Below, piece after piece: positions 13,358 to 25,828 of a DNA stretch of 64,000 nt. The notes below the pieces were generated by a model that worked only from the letters and a program-made list of their open reading frames with translations, had not been told where the DNA came from and searched no databases. Positions within the stretch are counted from its first letter, which is position 1, and every line of letters starts with the position of its first letter. The translations under genes were made by a program, and so were the position numbers. The DNA is from Schizochytrium sp. TIO01 (Eukaryota; Protista; Bigyra: Labyrinthulomycetes): NCBI GenBank assembly GCA_004764695.1, contig SMSO01000031.1, positions 3,386,436-3,450,435 of the forward strand. The letters run 5' to 3'.

Positions 13358-14272
13358 CACTGCCTCTATCTTTTTTTATCCCTTGACAAAGATCAGACCA
13401 GTGAAAGGATTCGTTCCAAGGCCGCGCCACCTATACTTTGCCTTGAGAACGATAACCGACAGTCCTCTTGACCGTTCTGGTCACAGGCTCGAGTCTTCAA
13501 AGCTTGCTACCTCTGATTGTTATTCCTTGACTTTGTATTTGAGATTGTAATAAAACCAAATCAATTTTTAATTTTAATTTTTTTTCTGCCCAATGAAGTA
13601 GTTGGTTTTTTAATAATAAAAAATAATAGTAATAATAATAAGCTGACTGTCTAATAGCTAGTCTTTACAATAATCTCTTCACCTATGAACGTTTAGACTT
13701 AACTATGAATTAGCCGCCTATTTCAAAGTCCGTGCTTGGCTCACACGTGCAGTTCCAGGACCGTATGAACGCGCTCTGAGGTCGGAGTTGAGTTTCCCCG
13801 GCCTAGGTGTATCAAATTTTACTTTCTGAAATTTTACTAGTGAAAATAAATCCGCCATAGCTGATGATTGAGGGCTGGTATTGTATGACCTTCAGAAGGA
13901 GCCCTCAACGGATCTTCAACTTCTTCACAACCAATATATAATATTATGTAGTATGGCGAACATAATTCTAAAAGAAAACAGAAAAAATGGTGGTTGTTAC
14001 TCATATAACCCTATCAAAGAGCACTAAATACTTTTTTATTATTAATTTCTTTTTTCTACTAATAGTATAGCAGAAAAAAATAGAAAGGCGCTACCGTAAT
14101 CTTATTTGAGGCCTTTACGAGGTGCAGAACGCTAATCTAGACACATCCCAGGGCTTTGGAGGTTGCGAGGAAACGCAATCAGCACAGAGACATCCCTTTG
14201 CTTTTGGCTTGGCTTTCTAGATATTTAAGATACCTTGGAGACGGACCTGACCAGTGGTTTTAGATTCGTTTC

Positions 14273-16909
14273 ATGGATCAACGGCGCTTTGAGAATGAGA
14301 ATCCTAGTCTCGAGGAGGATAACGAGGAAGACCGAGCACAGGACCGAGCACTAGGAGCATGGGACGAAGATGAAGGGCTAGGCGTAGACGGTGTGATTGA
14401 GGTGCCTGTCGCTACTCAGACTCTCATACGTAATCTTACAAGACTTCAGATAGCTAGCGATTTCGAATCCACTGATGGAAAACCGTCGCATGAAAAAGCA
14501 CTTAGAGGGCAGCAGAGTTTATCAGCTCACAAATCGCGACGATCCTCCAAGCCCAAGGCTGACGCAACTTCATCAAGAGTCCTCAAGAAAAATATTGGAA
14601 CAAGCAACGCAAATCTCACGGATTCACAAGTGGCGTCTTTACAACAGAAATTAACCGGGGCTCACCGCCAAAGGCTAGCAATGAATGCCGCTCAAGCACC
14701 AGGTGCGCATAAACAAACGAGCATTCAAGCCTCCTCCTCATCTCGAATAAGTTTAAAGCTCGGACCTGCGGAAACTGTCATGAACCAAAGGAAGTTGCTA
14801 TTCTCGAAAGGTCAAGACAATGGAAGTATAGGTAACAGGTATACCAGTATGCAAAAGCCAAGCATAAGCATCGAGAATAATAATAACGCTGGTACTGTCA
14901 GTAAAAATTACAATGAGAAAAACACTGATGATCAAGCGAGCTATGATGACAATGACGATGACGATGACGATGACGATGAAGATGATGACAATGACAATGA
15001 CAACGACGACGACGATGATGGTGATGATGACGACGACGCAGAAGATGAAGACATGGACGATGAGGAATACGACGATGAGGATGAGGATATGAATTCAATA
15101 TTAGGCGATCAAAGCGAGCGCTCTCTTGCCAGAGATCAAAGCGGCACAACTCGATCTCGTTCAGAGAACGCAGACACAGACCCGTTTTACCCCATGCAAG
15201 CACTCATCTCACCCTTCGGACTTCCACCAACGATTTGGTTTGATTATCCAGAGTGGATGAGTATGAATCGAGCAAAAGATGCTGAACACGTGCTTGTTCA
15301 ACCTGTTCCAGAAAGTGCAAGGACGGGTGAACCTGACGCTTTCCGTTGGCGTAGTTATTGGGAACGCAACTGTCTTAAAGATGTGTTTGTGAGGGCTGGA
15401 ATGACTGGTGGCCGCGGAGAGAAAAGGCGAGCTCGAGTCGTATGGACGAAACATGCCAAAAAGTGGAAGGCTTTCCGCCCCTCTCAAAGACATAATCATT
15501 TTGCAGGATCCTGGACAATTGGTCGCAAAGATCGACTTGCCTTTACCATTGGTCGGAAAAGGCGGGAAAATAATGGAACGGATGCCTTTAACTTTCTACC
15601 GGAGACTTTCATCCTTCCTCTTCATTCTGCTCGTTTGCGTCAGGTGTTATCTGCTCCCCAAGCAAAACGGCAAACATGGATTCGAAAACCTCTTGCATCA
15701 TCACAGGGCCGAGGAATCAGAGTTCTTTCTCATCAAGCAGCAGTTGATGTTGTGAAGTCGGTATCAAAATCAAAAAAGGCTACACATCAAAAGGCGTCTC
15801 GGAGCCGGGGGTGCATTGTACAGCGTTACATAGACAACCCACTTCTGATAAATCGCTTCAAATTTGACATCCGGGTATATGTTTTAGTCACTGGATATGA
15901 TCCGCTTCGTGTGTATATGTTTCCGGAAGGTCTTGTTCGATTTTGCACCCAACCTTACTCAACGTCGATTTCTAGCAAGAAGAACAATTTTCGGCATCTG
16001 ACGAATTATAGTATCAATAAAAAGAGTGAACGTTTCGAGCCTAATCAAGATGCTGAGGATGATGCCGTGGGCTCAAAATGGTCCCTCACTGCGTGGTATC
16101 GTTATATGGAAGCAACATATGGCAAAGATATTCTTGGCAGAATCCGTCGTGATATGGAGAGCGTTATTGTGAAGACCTGCATTGCCGCAGATGACGATGT
16201 GAATCAAAAAATGGCATCCATGGTTCCCAATGCGGATTGCTGCTTTGAACTTTTCGGCTTTGATTTGATGATTGACCGTGACTTCCGGACATGGCTTGTC
16301 GAGGTCAATATTTCCCCTTCCCTTATGACTGCTAGTCCACTTGACAGAAAAGTCAAAACGATGATGATTTGTGATTTGTTACACTTAGTGGGCATCCCAG
16401 CACCGAATGCTGATTCATTTGAATCTTCTTCAGAAGCAGCTTCTCTCAAATCTGGACAGCAGCAAGCAAGTAAAGTGAGAAGAAACAGCAAAACAACTTC
16501 TGTCGAAACCAAGAAGGTACGAGAGCCAAGGAATATTCTTGGCCTTGGGGCAAAGCCATGGGCTGCTTTGCCCCAAGCCGATCGTAAACTTGTGCAAAAG
16601 GTCGCTGGTGAGCGCCTTCGCAGAGGAAATTTTGAGCGGCTTTATCCTCCTCTTAATGATCAGGGTCTTCATGAGTCCTATATGAAGCTCTTTACTTCCC
16701 GGCGATACAACAATGTCCTCATTCAACGTTTTGAGCGAGCTGCCCTGAAGGAGCTTTCTTCTGCTGTTAAACTTCAAGCGACTGGTGGGGTTGCACAAGG
16801 GTCAGGATTTCGACACGTAAGAAACCAGATTTCTTCAGCCAAAATATATAATAAGACTACCACACAGGTGCCTCATTCTACGACTCTGTCAATTGCATCA
16901 TCTTCGTAA
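14273..16909 (+). CDS. TTLL4: Tubulin polyglutamylase, TTLL4-like, 878 aa
   Basis: TTL motifs HNHFAGSWTIGRKDRL, WIRKPLASSQGRGI, VQRYIDNPLLINRFKFDIRVYVLVT, HLTNYSINK, FELFGFDLMID...LVEVNISPSL, GNFERLYP. Acidic low-complexity N-terminus. Confidence 0.9.
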   Translation: MDQRRFENENPSLEEDNEEDRAQDRALGAWDEDEGLGVDGVIEVPVATQTLIRNLTRLQIASDFESTDGKPSHEKALRGQQSLSAHKSRRSSKPKADATSSRVLKKNIGTSNANLTDSQVASLQQKLTGAHRQRLAMNAAQAPGAHKQTSIQASSSSRISLKLGPAETVMNQRKLLFSKGQDNGSIGNRYTSMQKPSISIENNNNAGTVSKNYNEKNTDDQASYDDNDDDDDDDDEDDDNDNDNDDDDDGDDDDDAEDEDMDDEEYDDEDEDMNSILGDQSERSLARDQSGTTRSRSENADTDPFYPMQALISPFGLPPTIWFDYPEWMSMNRAKDAEHVLVQPVPESARTGEPDAFRWRSYWERNCLKDVFVRAGMTGGRGEKRRARVVWTKHAKKWKAFRPSQRHNHFAGSWTIGRKDRLAFTIGRKRRENNGTDAFNFLPETFILPLHSARLRQVLSAPQAKRQTWIRKPLASSQGRGIRVLSHQAAVDVVKSVSKSKKATHQKASRSRGCIVQRYIDNPLLINRFKFDIRVYVLVTGYDPLRVYMFPEGLVRFCTQPYSTSISSKKNNFRHLTNYSINKKSERFEPNQDAEDDAVGSKWSLTAWYRYMEATYGKDILGRIRRDMESVIVKTCIAADDDVNQKMASMVPNADCCFELFGFDLMIDRDFRTWLVEVNISPSLMTASPLDRKVKTMMICDLLHLVGIPAPNADSFESSSEAASLKSGQQQASKVRRNSKTTSVETKKVREPRNILGLGAKPWAALPQADRKLVQKVAGERLRRGNFERLYPPLNDQGLHESYMKLFTSRRYNNVLIQRFERAALKELSSAVKLQATGGVAQGSGFRHVRNQISSAKIYNKTTTQVPHSTTLSIASSS

Positions 16910-17330
16910 CGCTATGTATCACTTTGCCATGATTTTGTTATAACATATTCTAGTCAAAACCTCACGAGCATGTTGCATATTCACAATAACTGAAAGTCCC
17001 CCGATGTCTTTCAAGTGCCTCGTCTGATTTGGTTTTTTGTTTTTTAATTGAGGCTTTCCGCAAGATTTTTCCTTCATACATTATTCGCAATTTGAAATAT
17101 TATCATAATTCCTTTACAAGGAAACCCCAGCTGTGATCTCTTCTCTAAATGCAGTTTATGGTTTGTATTATGGTCAAGGTATCTATAAAAATAGAAAATG
17201 CCACAAGTCAGAGGTGGATCCTATCAATATATATATATAAATACATAGAAATTCATCTTTAACTTCGGAAAAAAAAAAAAGCACACCAAAACTATCTGTG
17301 TTTAGTTGCTATTAGTCAGGTAACTCTACT

Positions 17331-18298
17331 ATGTCTAAATACATAAACGCTCCAACAAGAAGCTCTTTGAAGGCTTCAGAAGGTATAAAAGCGTGGCCAG
17401 AGCGACTACATCGTGAAATGAGGAGACGCGTGCTTGTCGAGGACCACAGAAGCTTTTCTGAGCTATCCGCACAACTCATGAACTCAGGAGTTGTAGTGGA
17501 TGCTCGCACAGAGTGCGTTCCAGGGGTTGACGAAGCATGCTGCCCTTGGACCCAGCTGGATCAAGCCAACATAGACAGAAGTGATCTTCCTGGTTCTGCA
17601 AGACAAACGACTCTTGTGGAAAAAGAAATAGCGAGTAACACCCATGAGGGAAATTTATATTATTTAATGAGTAATCGTTCAGGTAAGACAAGGATGACGA
17701 GGACAATGTGAGCAGAATAGGTAAACTAACTACTCCAAACTCCATTTTACTGCTTGTTACATTACGAATTCTAATGATACTGTTGATGTTTATGGGAGTG
17801 TTCTCCGTTGTTTGATCTCTAGATCTTATCGTCCAGGTCGCTGATCGAAGCAAAGCACGCCTTTATGGGGAGTGCGTGATTTTTGCATACCTTCAAGAAA
17901 ACCACTTTGCAAACGAGTTCGCCCCAATTGTCCTCGGAGCTGCACGCGCTTTCCCTCATGTAGTATTCGTAGGAATCGAAGGTCGCCAATCCGAAATTGC
18001 TCCAGGAAAGTCACTTCCAAAAGCATTTCCCGTTCTATTGCACCTCGATGAGAATGGAACCGCAAGAAGCTATCTAGGTGAACATGGTGACATGATCTCT
18101 GTACTTGAGTTCATAAGTATCCAGACAGGGGAAAGCCCACTGTCATGGAATCCTCCTACTCATGGGGATGTAGGAAGCTTAATCCATACACCTCCCAATG
18201 GGCCTTTACCTTTGAGTAGAGACCCATACTTCTTTATCTCTACACTTTTCTTGCTTACATTTTTGTTCAAACATATATTTCTACGCTTGTGCAGGTGA
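17331..18298 (+). CDS. Thioredoxin-fold membrane protein (TXNDC15/APR-like). Exons 17331-17682 and 17823-18298, about 275 aa
   Basis: The intron 17683-17822 (GTAAGA...CTAG) joins the two track ORFs in frame. CVIFAY....HFANEFAPI...AFP..VFVGI...AFPVLLHL.....RSYLG......VLEFI...TG fits a Trx fold. C-terminal DPYFFISTLFLL TM helix. The 5' end may be incomplete. Confidence 0.6.
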
Positions 18299-18406
18299 AA
18301 TGAAGCATTAAGACAGAATTTCATGAAGTACTCTTCAAAAGATACTATTTAAAAAATCATGGAAGAAGCTAACTAGACAACCATGAAATAAAAAATCTAT
18401 TACAAA

Positions 18407-19753
18407 TTATTTTGAAAAAGTGACACTTAGTCTGCGTGCATTACTAGCTAACGATGACAAGTAGCCAAGATGGCGTTCAGCCTGAGATGCGAGAATAAGC
18501 AACATAGACCACACAAGTAGGATAAATGGAGCATCACTATCTTTATCATCGAAAAAGCTGCTGGTTGGTCGAACCACCAACAGCATTTGGGCATCGGCAC
18601 CATCAACTGAAATCGTTTGCTGAATATTGCCGAATTCACCGCCAACATCGTCCGGCTTCAGGCTTGCAAAAGACTCGGTTAATTCTAAAGGATCATCTAC
18701 ATCATATGAATAATACGCCAGAAATTGCTCTCCTTCTGCTGCGAGAGCATCAAAAAGGAAAATATCCAAATTATTCAACTCTGATGTTCCAAAAATGTCC
18801 ATGGCGGCATTCAATAACTTGTTTGCTTTATAGACTCCATTGACACTTCCAACAGGTAGCCCGGTGTCCGATTCATTCAAAAAAACATAATGCCCGTTGG
18901 CCGAATCTTCATACAGCGCTTTCCAAACAAGGAAAGCGTACTCTTGTGTATCACTCTGGACTAATTGGATTCGTCGAGTGAAAACTGCTTCCCCAGTTGC
19001 GACGGCTTTTTCCCATGCTTCCTTTCGTGTAGCACTCGAAGCCAAGTTAAAGCCAAGAACACCAGCATTAGTTTCGAAAGGCTCGATATAGTCGACCACC
19101 ACGTATGTGTCAGACTCAGGTGAAGAAGTGAGTGTATTGTTCACGCGTTCCACGATTGAATAATGTCCAAGAGAACACAAAGTTGCAAGACTTGACCTGC
19201 ATGTGCTAGTCTCTAAATCGTACACTGTACCATTGCAACAATCACTTAGGAGCTGTTTTGCATCCTCTCTGGACTCAAAAGCTTCACGATTCTCATTTCG
19301 GACATAAGGAATTAGTGACATCCCACTTAAAGTCTCTAAAGTTGGCTCAAATGCCGGACTCTTAACGAACCTCCGAAAACCTGCACGAGATATGTTTGGC
19401 TCCAGCCCCCATAGATTTGCTACCTGACTCTGGATTGCAAGATCTTTCTGTAGGCGCATGTCAAACACTTTAGCCATGGCGAAGACAGTATTTGTTAAAG
19501 CATTCAGCGAGATCTGCCTTTCACCATCTACTGCATAGAAATACCGATAGATGGCAATGCCAATCGTTATTAGGACGACAGCCGCAGACCATTTGTAGTA
19601 ATTTTTTATTCGCAAGTACGCTAGCCTCGAATAGGCATTCAGGAAGACATGGAAAATGTTCTTATTTGTCGTATTGTCACGTGCTGTTTCTACTTCTCCA
19701 CTTGAGCGTGCTTGTGCAGCTTTCGCAGATGGCACAATTTTGGCGTGAGACAT
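18407..19753 (-). CDS. CHASE-domain membrane sensor without a cytoplasmic output domain, 448 aa
   Basis: YVVVDYIEPFETNAGVLGFNLASSATRKEAWEKAVATGEAVFTRRIQLVQ...AFLVWKALY...VGSVNGVY matches the CHASE (PF03924) consensus. Flanked by TM helices WSAAVVLITIGIAIY and PFILLVWSMLLILAS. Confidence 0.8.
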   Translation of the reverse strand: MSHAKIVPSAKAAQARSSGEVETARDNTTNKNIFHVFLNAYSRLAYLRIKNYYKWSAAVVLITIGIAIYRYFYAVDGERQISLNALTNTVFAMAKVFDMRLQKDLAIQSQVANLWGLEPNISRAGFRRFVKSPAFEPTLETLSGMSLIPYVRNENREAFESREDAKQLLSDCCNGTVYDLETSTCRSSLATLCSLGHYSIVERVNNTLTSSPESDTYVVVDYIEPFETNAGVLGFNLASSATRKEAWEKAVATGEAVFTRRIQLVQSDTQEYAFLVWKALYEDSANGHYVFLNESDTGLPVGSVNGVYKANKLLNAAMDIFGTSELNNLDIFLFDALAAEGEQFLAYYSYDVDDPLELTESFASLKPDDVGGEFGNIQQTISVDGADAQMLLVVRPTSSFFDDKDSDAPFILLVWSMLLILASQAERHLGYLSSLASNARRLSVTFSK

Positions 19754-21211
19754 TGTTCCTACCTATGAAACACGCAGGCGCCTGAACTTTTCCAATCTAG
19801 CTGGTCTAATCAGCAACTATTTAATATGTAACCATGTACCTACGAAAGATATGGAACTGGTTGATCTAAGGTTTGTAGATTTCTAAAATATAGCGTCTGA
19901 TGTGTATACAGTTTAAAAGTGAGCTCAGACTGATCAGCTGCAACGCCTATACTATTTTTTTTTTAAAGCAGAGGGTACAACGTTCACTGTGGTCTACTTT
20001 GTTTAGTTATAACTTGTGAGCAGTTAAGTAGCATATATATCCGTTTATACTTTCCAATCACCAACAAAATTGTGAACCTATAAAAGAAAGACAAACCGAA
20101 AACGTTGTATAGCTCGTTTATCAGCATGTTGCTTGCACAAGAAATACGCCACGATAGAACTTTAAATTTTTAGCTGAGATCTTCTTCCGCTTGTTTTTAA
20201 AAAATGGAACGGATCTTTGCACGATTTCTCAATGACCTTTCCACTTTCAGCAGGTTCAATGTGTGCATGCTTACAGACTCGTTGCAATACCGACTAGGGA
20301 GACTTATCTCTTCTTTGTTGTACTTACATATAACTAGCTTCATGTGTTCACGGTGTCCAATCCTTCATTACTTCTTTCTTTCTGTCTTTCTTTCTTTTTT
20401 AATCGTTATGCTTACTTTGCAAAAAGCTATGAACTTTGTTACATTTTAAAATTAATATTACTTATAATATTTTCCAAAATTACATCACCTTTCAATAACA
20501 ACGTATGCCTTTACCTTTCACGGATACACAAACGGCAAACAAGCCTACTATAGTTTATACTTCTTCTACCTGTGTAGCCATGAAAAGATGGAACTGTGAA
20601 TATACAGCTTATTTTATAACTTTCTAGAGAAGCTTGAAATGCTTGCTGTCTAATCTAGCTTATCCACTTATGATGGAGAACCACAAAATTACTAATAAGG
20701 AAATTATAGTACAGAGTTTTCTTTTGTTGACTATTTGCTAATTCAATCTATAACTTGGATGTCAAACAGACTTGGCAGGATGCATAAAAAACTTGTTTCA
20801 TTTATCTTTTTTTCTTCTTCCTTTTCTTAAAATTAAAAATTGAACTGGCAGGCCAAATGCCCAAATATGATATTTGGGTGAACAAACAGACCTCTGAGTG
20901 TCACTAGTCTTTATTTTAAAAAGACACTGTTTCTAGCGCTGGGGGAAAGCTGAATCGTCTCTCCAAAAAATAGATCAGGTTTAAAAATTGTTTCGTTATT
21001 CGTAAGTTTGAATCATTTTAAGATGTTGTGAACGTGCTGTGCATGTTTTCTTACATCGATCAAGGTTGCATATATATTACCTTCTTATGTCCACTAGTCA
21101 TTATTGTTATGATACCCCATGCCTTAGTCAGAACCTATAGTAAGAATTCCAAAATACCTTTTTTCTGATTTTTTCTTGTTTTAATATTGCAATTCTTGCT
21201 GCAAGACTAAT

Positions 21212-23348
21212 CTACAAAATGAGGCCCTTTTGTTGCAAAAGTTTCCAAGCGCCTGGGATCTTATTCTTGTTAGGCGCAAAAACTGTGAGCACTCTATTAT
21301 CCTCATCTACCTCAAAATAGACATTTAGGCTATCTTCAATTTCTTGAATAGTATCAAGATCGGATCCTGCAAGTACGTCTCGAGATATTCTCATACGACG
21401 AATCACCCAATGATCTGCTTTCAGGGTAGGTCGTGGTCCTGATAATCCCGAATCCTTACACATACGACTAATTAAATGTTTGTGGGCCTCTTGAGCGGCT
21501 TCAAAGGCCATCTTAATCATGTTACTTGAAATAGACGGATGTTTGATGTCAAGTTGCAACGCGGTGAAGCCTTCAGTGGTCCCGCAAAGCTTAAAGTCCA
21601 TCCCACCAAAGTGGTCTTCCATGCCAAGAATGTCCACAGGAGTGCAAAACTCAGATGTATTATCTGGATCAATGAAGAGACCAATAGAGACTCCCGTTGC
21701 TGGTCTCGAAATCGGGACGCCAGCGTCCATCAAAGCAAGGCTGGCCCCTGAGACTGTCGCCATAGAAGAGGAGCCATCCGATGCAGTAACCTCGGAGCCA
21801 ATATGAATTGCAAAAGGGTAGGAATTTTTGTCTTCAAAAATAGGAGCAAGAATTGGGAAGAACACCCCGTTCAGCTAGATTTCCGTGACCTACCATTCGA
21901 CGATTAAGACCCCACGCACGGCCCGTGCGTCCAACACAATACGGCGGGAAATCATATTGCAACATAGCACGTCGTTCACGAACCTTTTCTAAAGTAGGAT
22001 GAATGCGTTTCTGCATTCGAGCAGGACCAACTGTTGCAGAACAGAGCACCTGGGTACCTCCACGAGAAAATATAGCAGAGCCATGGACAGCAGGGAGGAC
22101 CTCTACATCAGCCTTTACATCACGTATAGTACTCAAAAAGCGACCATCCATACGCATCGGGCTCTCCTTACCACTGTGACCACAGATATTACGAGCAATG
22201 CCATCACGCAACGCATCATGGATTGCGATATTCTGTAGAAAGCTGAGATTAGTGGGACTGTCAGGAACCTTCGTTTTCTCGCAAGCTTTAGTAAGGCGCT
22301 CGCTCGCCACTTTCCAAAAGGCTGCTTGTGCTTTTCCACGCAAAGCCTTGCTTCTCTGGGGCTTGCTGAACAGCGCACCGACGAGGTCATGCACACAAGA
22401 TTCAGCTAGACCTCGGAGCTCTACGGAAGGCTGCAAAATTTTGACCTGTGCATCAGGAGGCTGGGCAAATGCTATGAGATCTTTCTGTGCCTGCACGCTT
22501 GCCTTTATCTCAGGTTGTACATGAGCAATAGCATCCATCATAGTTTCGCCAGCCAGCTCCCGAGATGATCCTTCTAGCATCGTAATTTTATCTTTATCTC
22601 CCAAACCGGACACAATCAGATTCAACCATGCTTTAGAGGCATCATGATGATCCTGGGAAGCACTATTAATATGCAAAATAGTTGCTTCAGACGATGTTAC
22701 ATCCTGGAGAATGGCAGAAGGCTCTGACATAGCTGAGATTCGTGCGGCCCCAACCGGCCCATTCCATCCAGGAATGTTCGCAAGATGAACAGCAGCAGAT
22801 GCGGCATTTATGGCCACAATCGTTGGGTCGTGCTTCCCGTCAAAGGACCATACCGTACAAATAATTTGAAGTTCGTTTTGCATGCCCTCTGGAAAAAGAG
22901 GCCGTAATGATCTATCGATAGCACGAGCTGCAAGAATGTCTGACTCCCGGTTTGGTTGCTCTCGGCGAGTGAAAGTACGTACAATTTTACCTGCAGCAGA
23001 AGCGTTCTCACGATACTCCACGGTGAGTGGGAAGAAGCTTTCTGGCGATTCCATCGCAGGGCCAATAACGCATGTTGCCTGCACGACGGTCTCTCCTTGC
23101 TGAGCCAGCACAGCGCCAGAAGCCTGTACACCTAGCGCAGGATCGAAAGCTCGAAACTTCAGTGGTGCGAGATCTGACCTAGAGATTGCCTCCACTTGAA
23201 TAGGACGCCGTTCAAGCTTTGAGGCAGCTCCTTGGCCGTGAGCAAAGCCTCGAGGTCGCAATGAAGCCAGAAAGAAACCTGGAGAATGTTGTACAAGTGC
23301 TGGGGATGGCAGCCGCCATAGCTCTGATGACCTCCAAAGAGCCCGCAT
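21212..23348 (-). CDS. PNPT1: Polyribonucleotide nucleotidyltransferase (PNPase), probably mitochondrial. One +1 indel near 21855
   Basis: RNase PH1: FFPLTVEYRE, ARAIDRSLRPLFP. PH2: RMDGR, VHGSAIFSRGGTQVL, GHGNLAER, SDGSSSMA, DAGVPI, DILGMEDHFGGMDFK. Removing one base at 21853-21857 gives ERGVLPILAP and about 711 aa. Transit-peptide-like N-terminus. Confidence 0.9.
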
Positions 23349-25828
23349 CACTCCAGGGGTCCTGGGGATTGTGTTGTGAGATTAATAGTTCAAAGGGCTT
23401 TTGCAAGTGGCCTACAACCAAAGAAATGACAGGCAATTCCAATGTATTAGCCTTCCTAGGAGTATAGTATATACCTACTACCATGGCTGAACTTGGAAGA
23501 AACCCAAAAGGAGCTAAATTTATCATAGGTCGTGCTTTGCCTCGTCTTACTCAGCATTAATACACTGCGCGCTTTCCTGAGTGTCTACCAGTTCGTTACC
23601 AAGCTCAGAAAACGAAGTTCTTCAAGCTGCCTAGATTGTTCGGATACATCTGTGTTTCATTATCTCTTTTGTTCTTTTCCCCCAAAAATCACCATGGTAG
23701 GTGCCTAATGCTAATCCAAGCGCATTAGATAGGTTTCTCCTAACCAATTCAGCAATTGATCAGAACATAGTGATACACAATTAATTTAAAACATAAGACA
23801 TATAGTTGATGGTTGATGGTCCAAGAGTAAGCCTTGCGGAGTGGTGCAACTTCAGACGGCCCTAAGTTATACAAATTTTGGGCGAAACTTACGTAAGACC
23901 AGTTGCCATGTCCTGCGTTTGAACCTAACATTGAAATGTAAATATAAAAGTTGATACAAAGAACTGTGTTCGGAATATGACCTGATTATATTCTGTAAAA
24001 AGTTGTCTAAATAAATCGTCACAATATATTGCTATCCTGCTCCGGCAGATAGTTTGTTATTAGCAGTGCTTAAGGTCAGAACTTAATTGTATAACTTCTT
24101 CAGACTGCAAAAAAAGCAGACGTTGTAAATTTGTTCTCGGAACAATGTCTTGAAAAAGTCATTATAATTTGGTTTTGCATTATTGAGTCAAACCATTTTA
24201 AGGTTGCGAAACAGCTCATGCTCGTTGGTAGTGATAAGGTGCATCTAGATGCCAGAAGTAAAGAACAATACTGTTTTTCAGATCTATTATTAGAGGTAAC
24301 TTGGGCTTGATCCTTTTTGGTTTGAAAGATGGAACTTGCGTCATCAAATAATATGGTACCATGATACCATCCTCTGCCTTGTTTAGACAAGTGATTGCTT
24401 GGCTTGAGTTCTCACTCCAACTAGTGAGAGATATTGCATTTCTCCGAATTCAATTCAAAAGGTATTGCATAGTAATAAATTATACAGGGTTATTGACATC
24501 TCTCTTACCTTTTCGTTTTTAAATTTTGTTTCATGCAACTAACTAGACACCTAGAAGCATACGGAGTCTAGTAGGAGGCCGGATTGTGCCTAAATCTTGC
24601 CAGGAAGTCTGTAGACTGGTATCTAAATTTCGTTGTTGTTGTTTTTGTTTTTAGTAGGAGAGGAACAAAGGTCACGTTAAGCAAACATATTTCTCGGATC
24701 TTTGGAAGAAAGAAAAACGAGAAGACCACGAGAAGAAAGCCAAGATCTGGGCAAAAGCAAGGAAGTTTGTCTTGAGCTACAGAAAGCCATGGTTAAGATA
24801 GCTTCCAAAAGGAAATCCAGGAGGATGCCTCTATGAATTCACAATTTTTGTATTACATCAACTATCTTTCGGATATTCTCTGTGCTTTCCGTTAAAACAT
24901 CAAGATATTTATGATAATCATTTGTCATGGGTTGAATGACAAGAGTCTTAAGAGTTACCTCATCCTAAGTCTTTAGTTATAAGAACATTTGGAACTGTTT
25001 TTATTATCAATATAGCCGTTGTGTAATTTTTATTTTAAAACTTAGTCATCTCAAAATAGTAAGTAATCTTTATGCAAGGTACACATGCATAGTATTTCAT
25101 CGCAACAGGCAACTGAAATAACTGTCTGTTAGTACTCTTTACACTTCGTTGGAATAAAATAAAGCGAATTACAGAAGATGATTTAGATATTATGCTTATT
25201 GCAAATGGACGTACATGCCACCAGAAACAGCAAATGAGAACAGGGTGTGCAGTGGTGGCGAAAGAATGCGAACCAGCTTTTCTAAAAATAATATTACTTG
25301 CCGTTCCACCAGGATTTAAGTTTAATTAAAGAAATCAAAGAGGTATACTAATCCCTCATCTTGCTTATTCTTAGGTAACTTGGCTTCAACCAACAAAAAA
25401 ATACACATCGAATCATAGGAAGGCTGGGCAAGCTAGGCAAAGAGGATTGATCTTCCTAAGACCAGCTTGCTCCAAGGCGAGTGCATCACTCGTGCTCAGG
25501 TTCTTCGTCAGTGCTCAAAGTAGGTCAGTGTCGTTGGTTCACTCTCTCAGATATTAACTTTAGGCCTGGCAAGGGAAGAGGTAAAGGCTATCTTAAGCAC
25601 CTAGTGAGTCTTTTGGTTTGAGTCAGACAACAATACGCAACGAGTTTGCTTCGTCCTGCTTTGGTCGCCCTTGTTTACTTGCTGTGGCTATCAAACCTGA
25701 ATAAACCAAAGAAAAGCCTTTCAAACACTCATCTGCCCCTGGATGAGGAGCACCATTGTAGACGAACACTCTGCGTAAAGCTGCGACCTGGGAATATTTG
25801 CGCAACTCTGCTAAGTGCATTTTAAAGA

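Noticed and set aside
14944-15090. Similar D/N-rich tracts in TTLL4 and XPC (49508-49586)
   Set aside because: Independent GAY/AAY trinucleotide slippage explains them; not homology.
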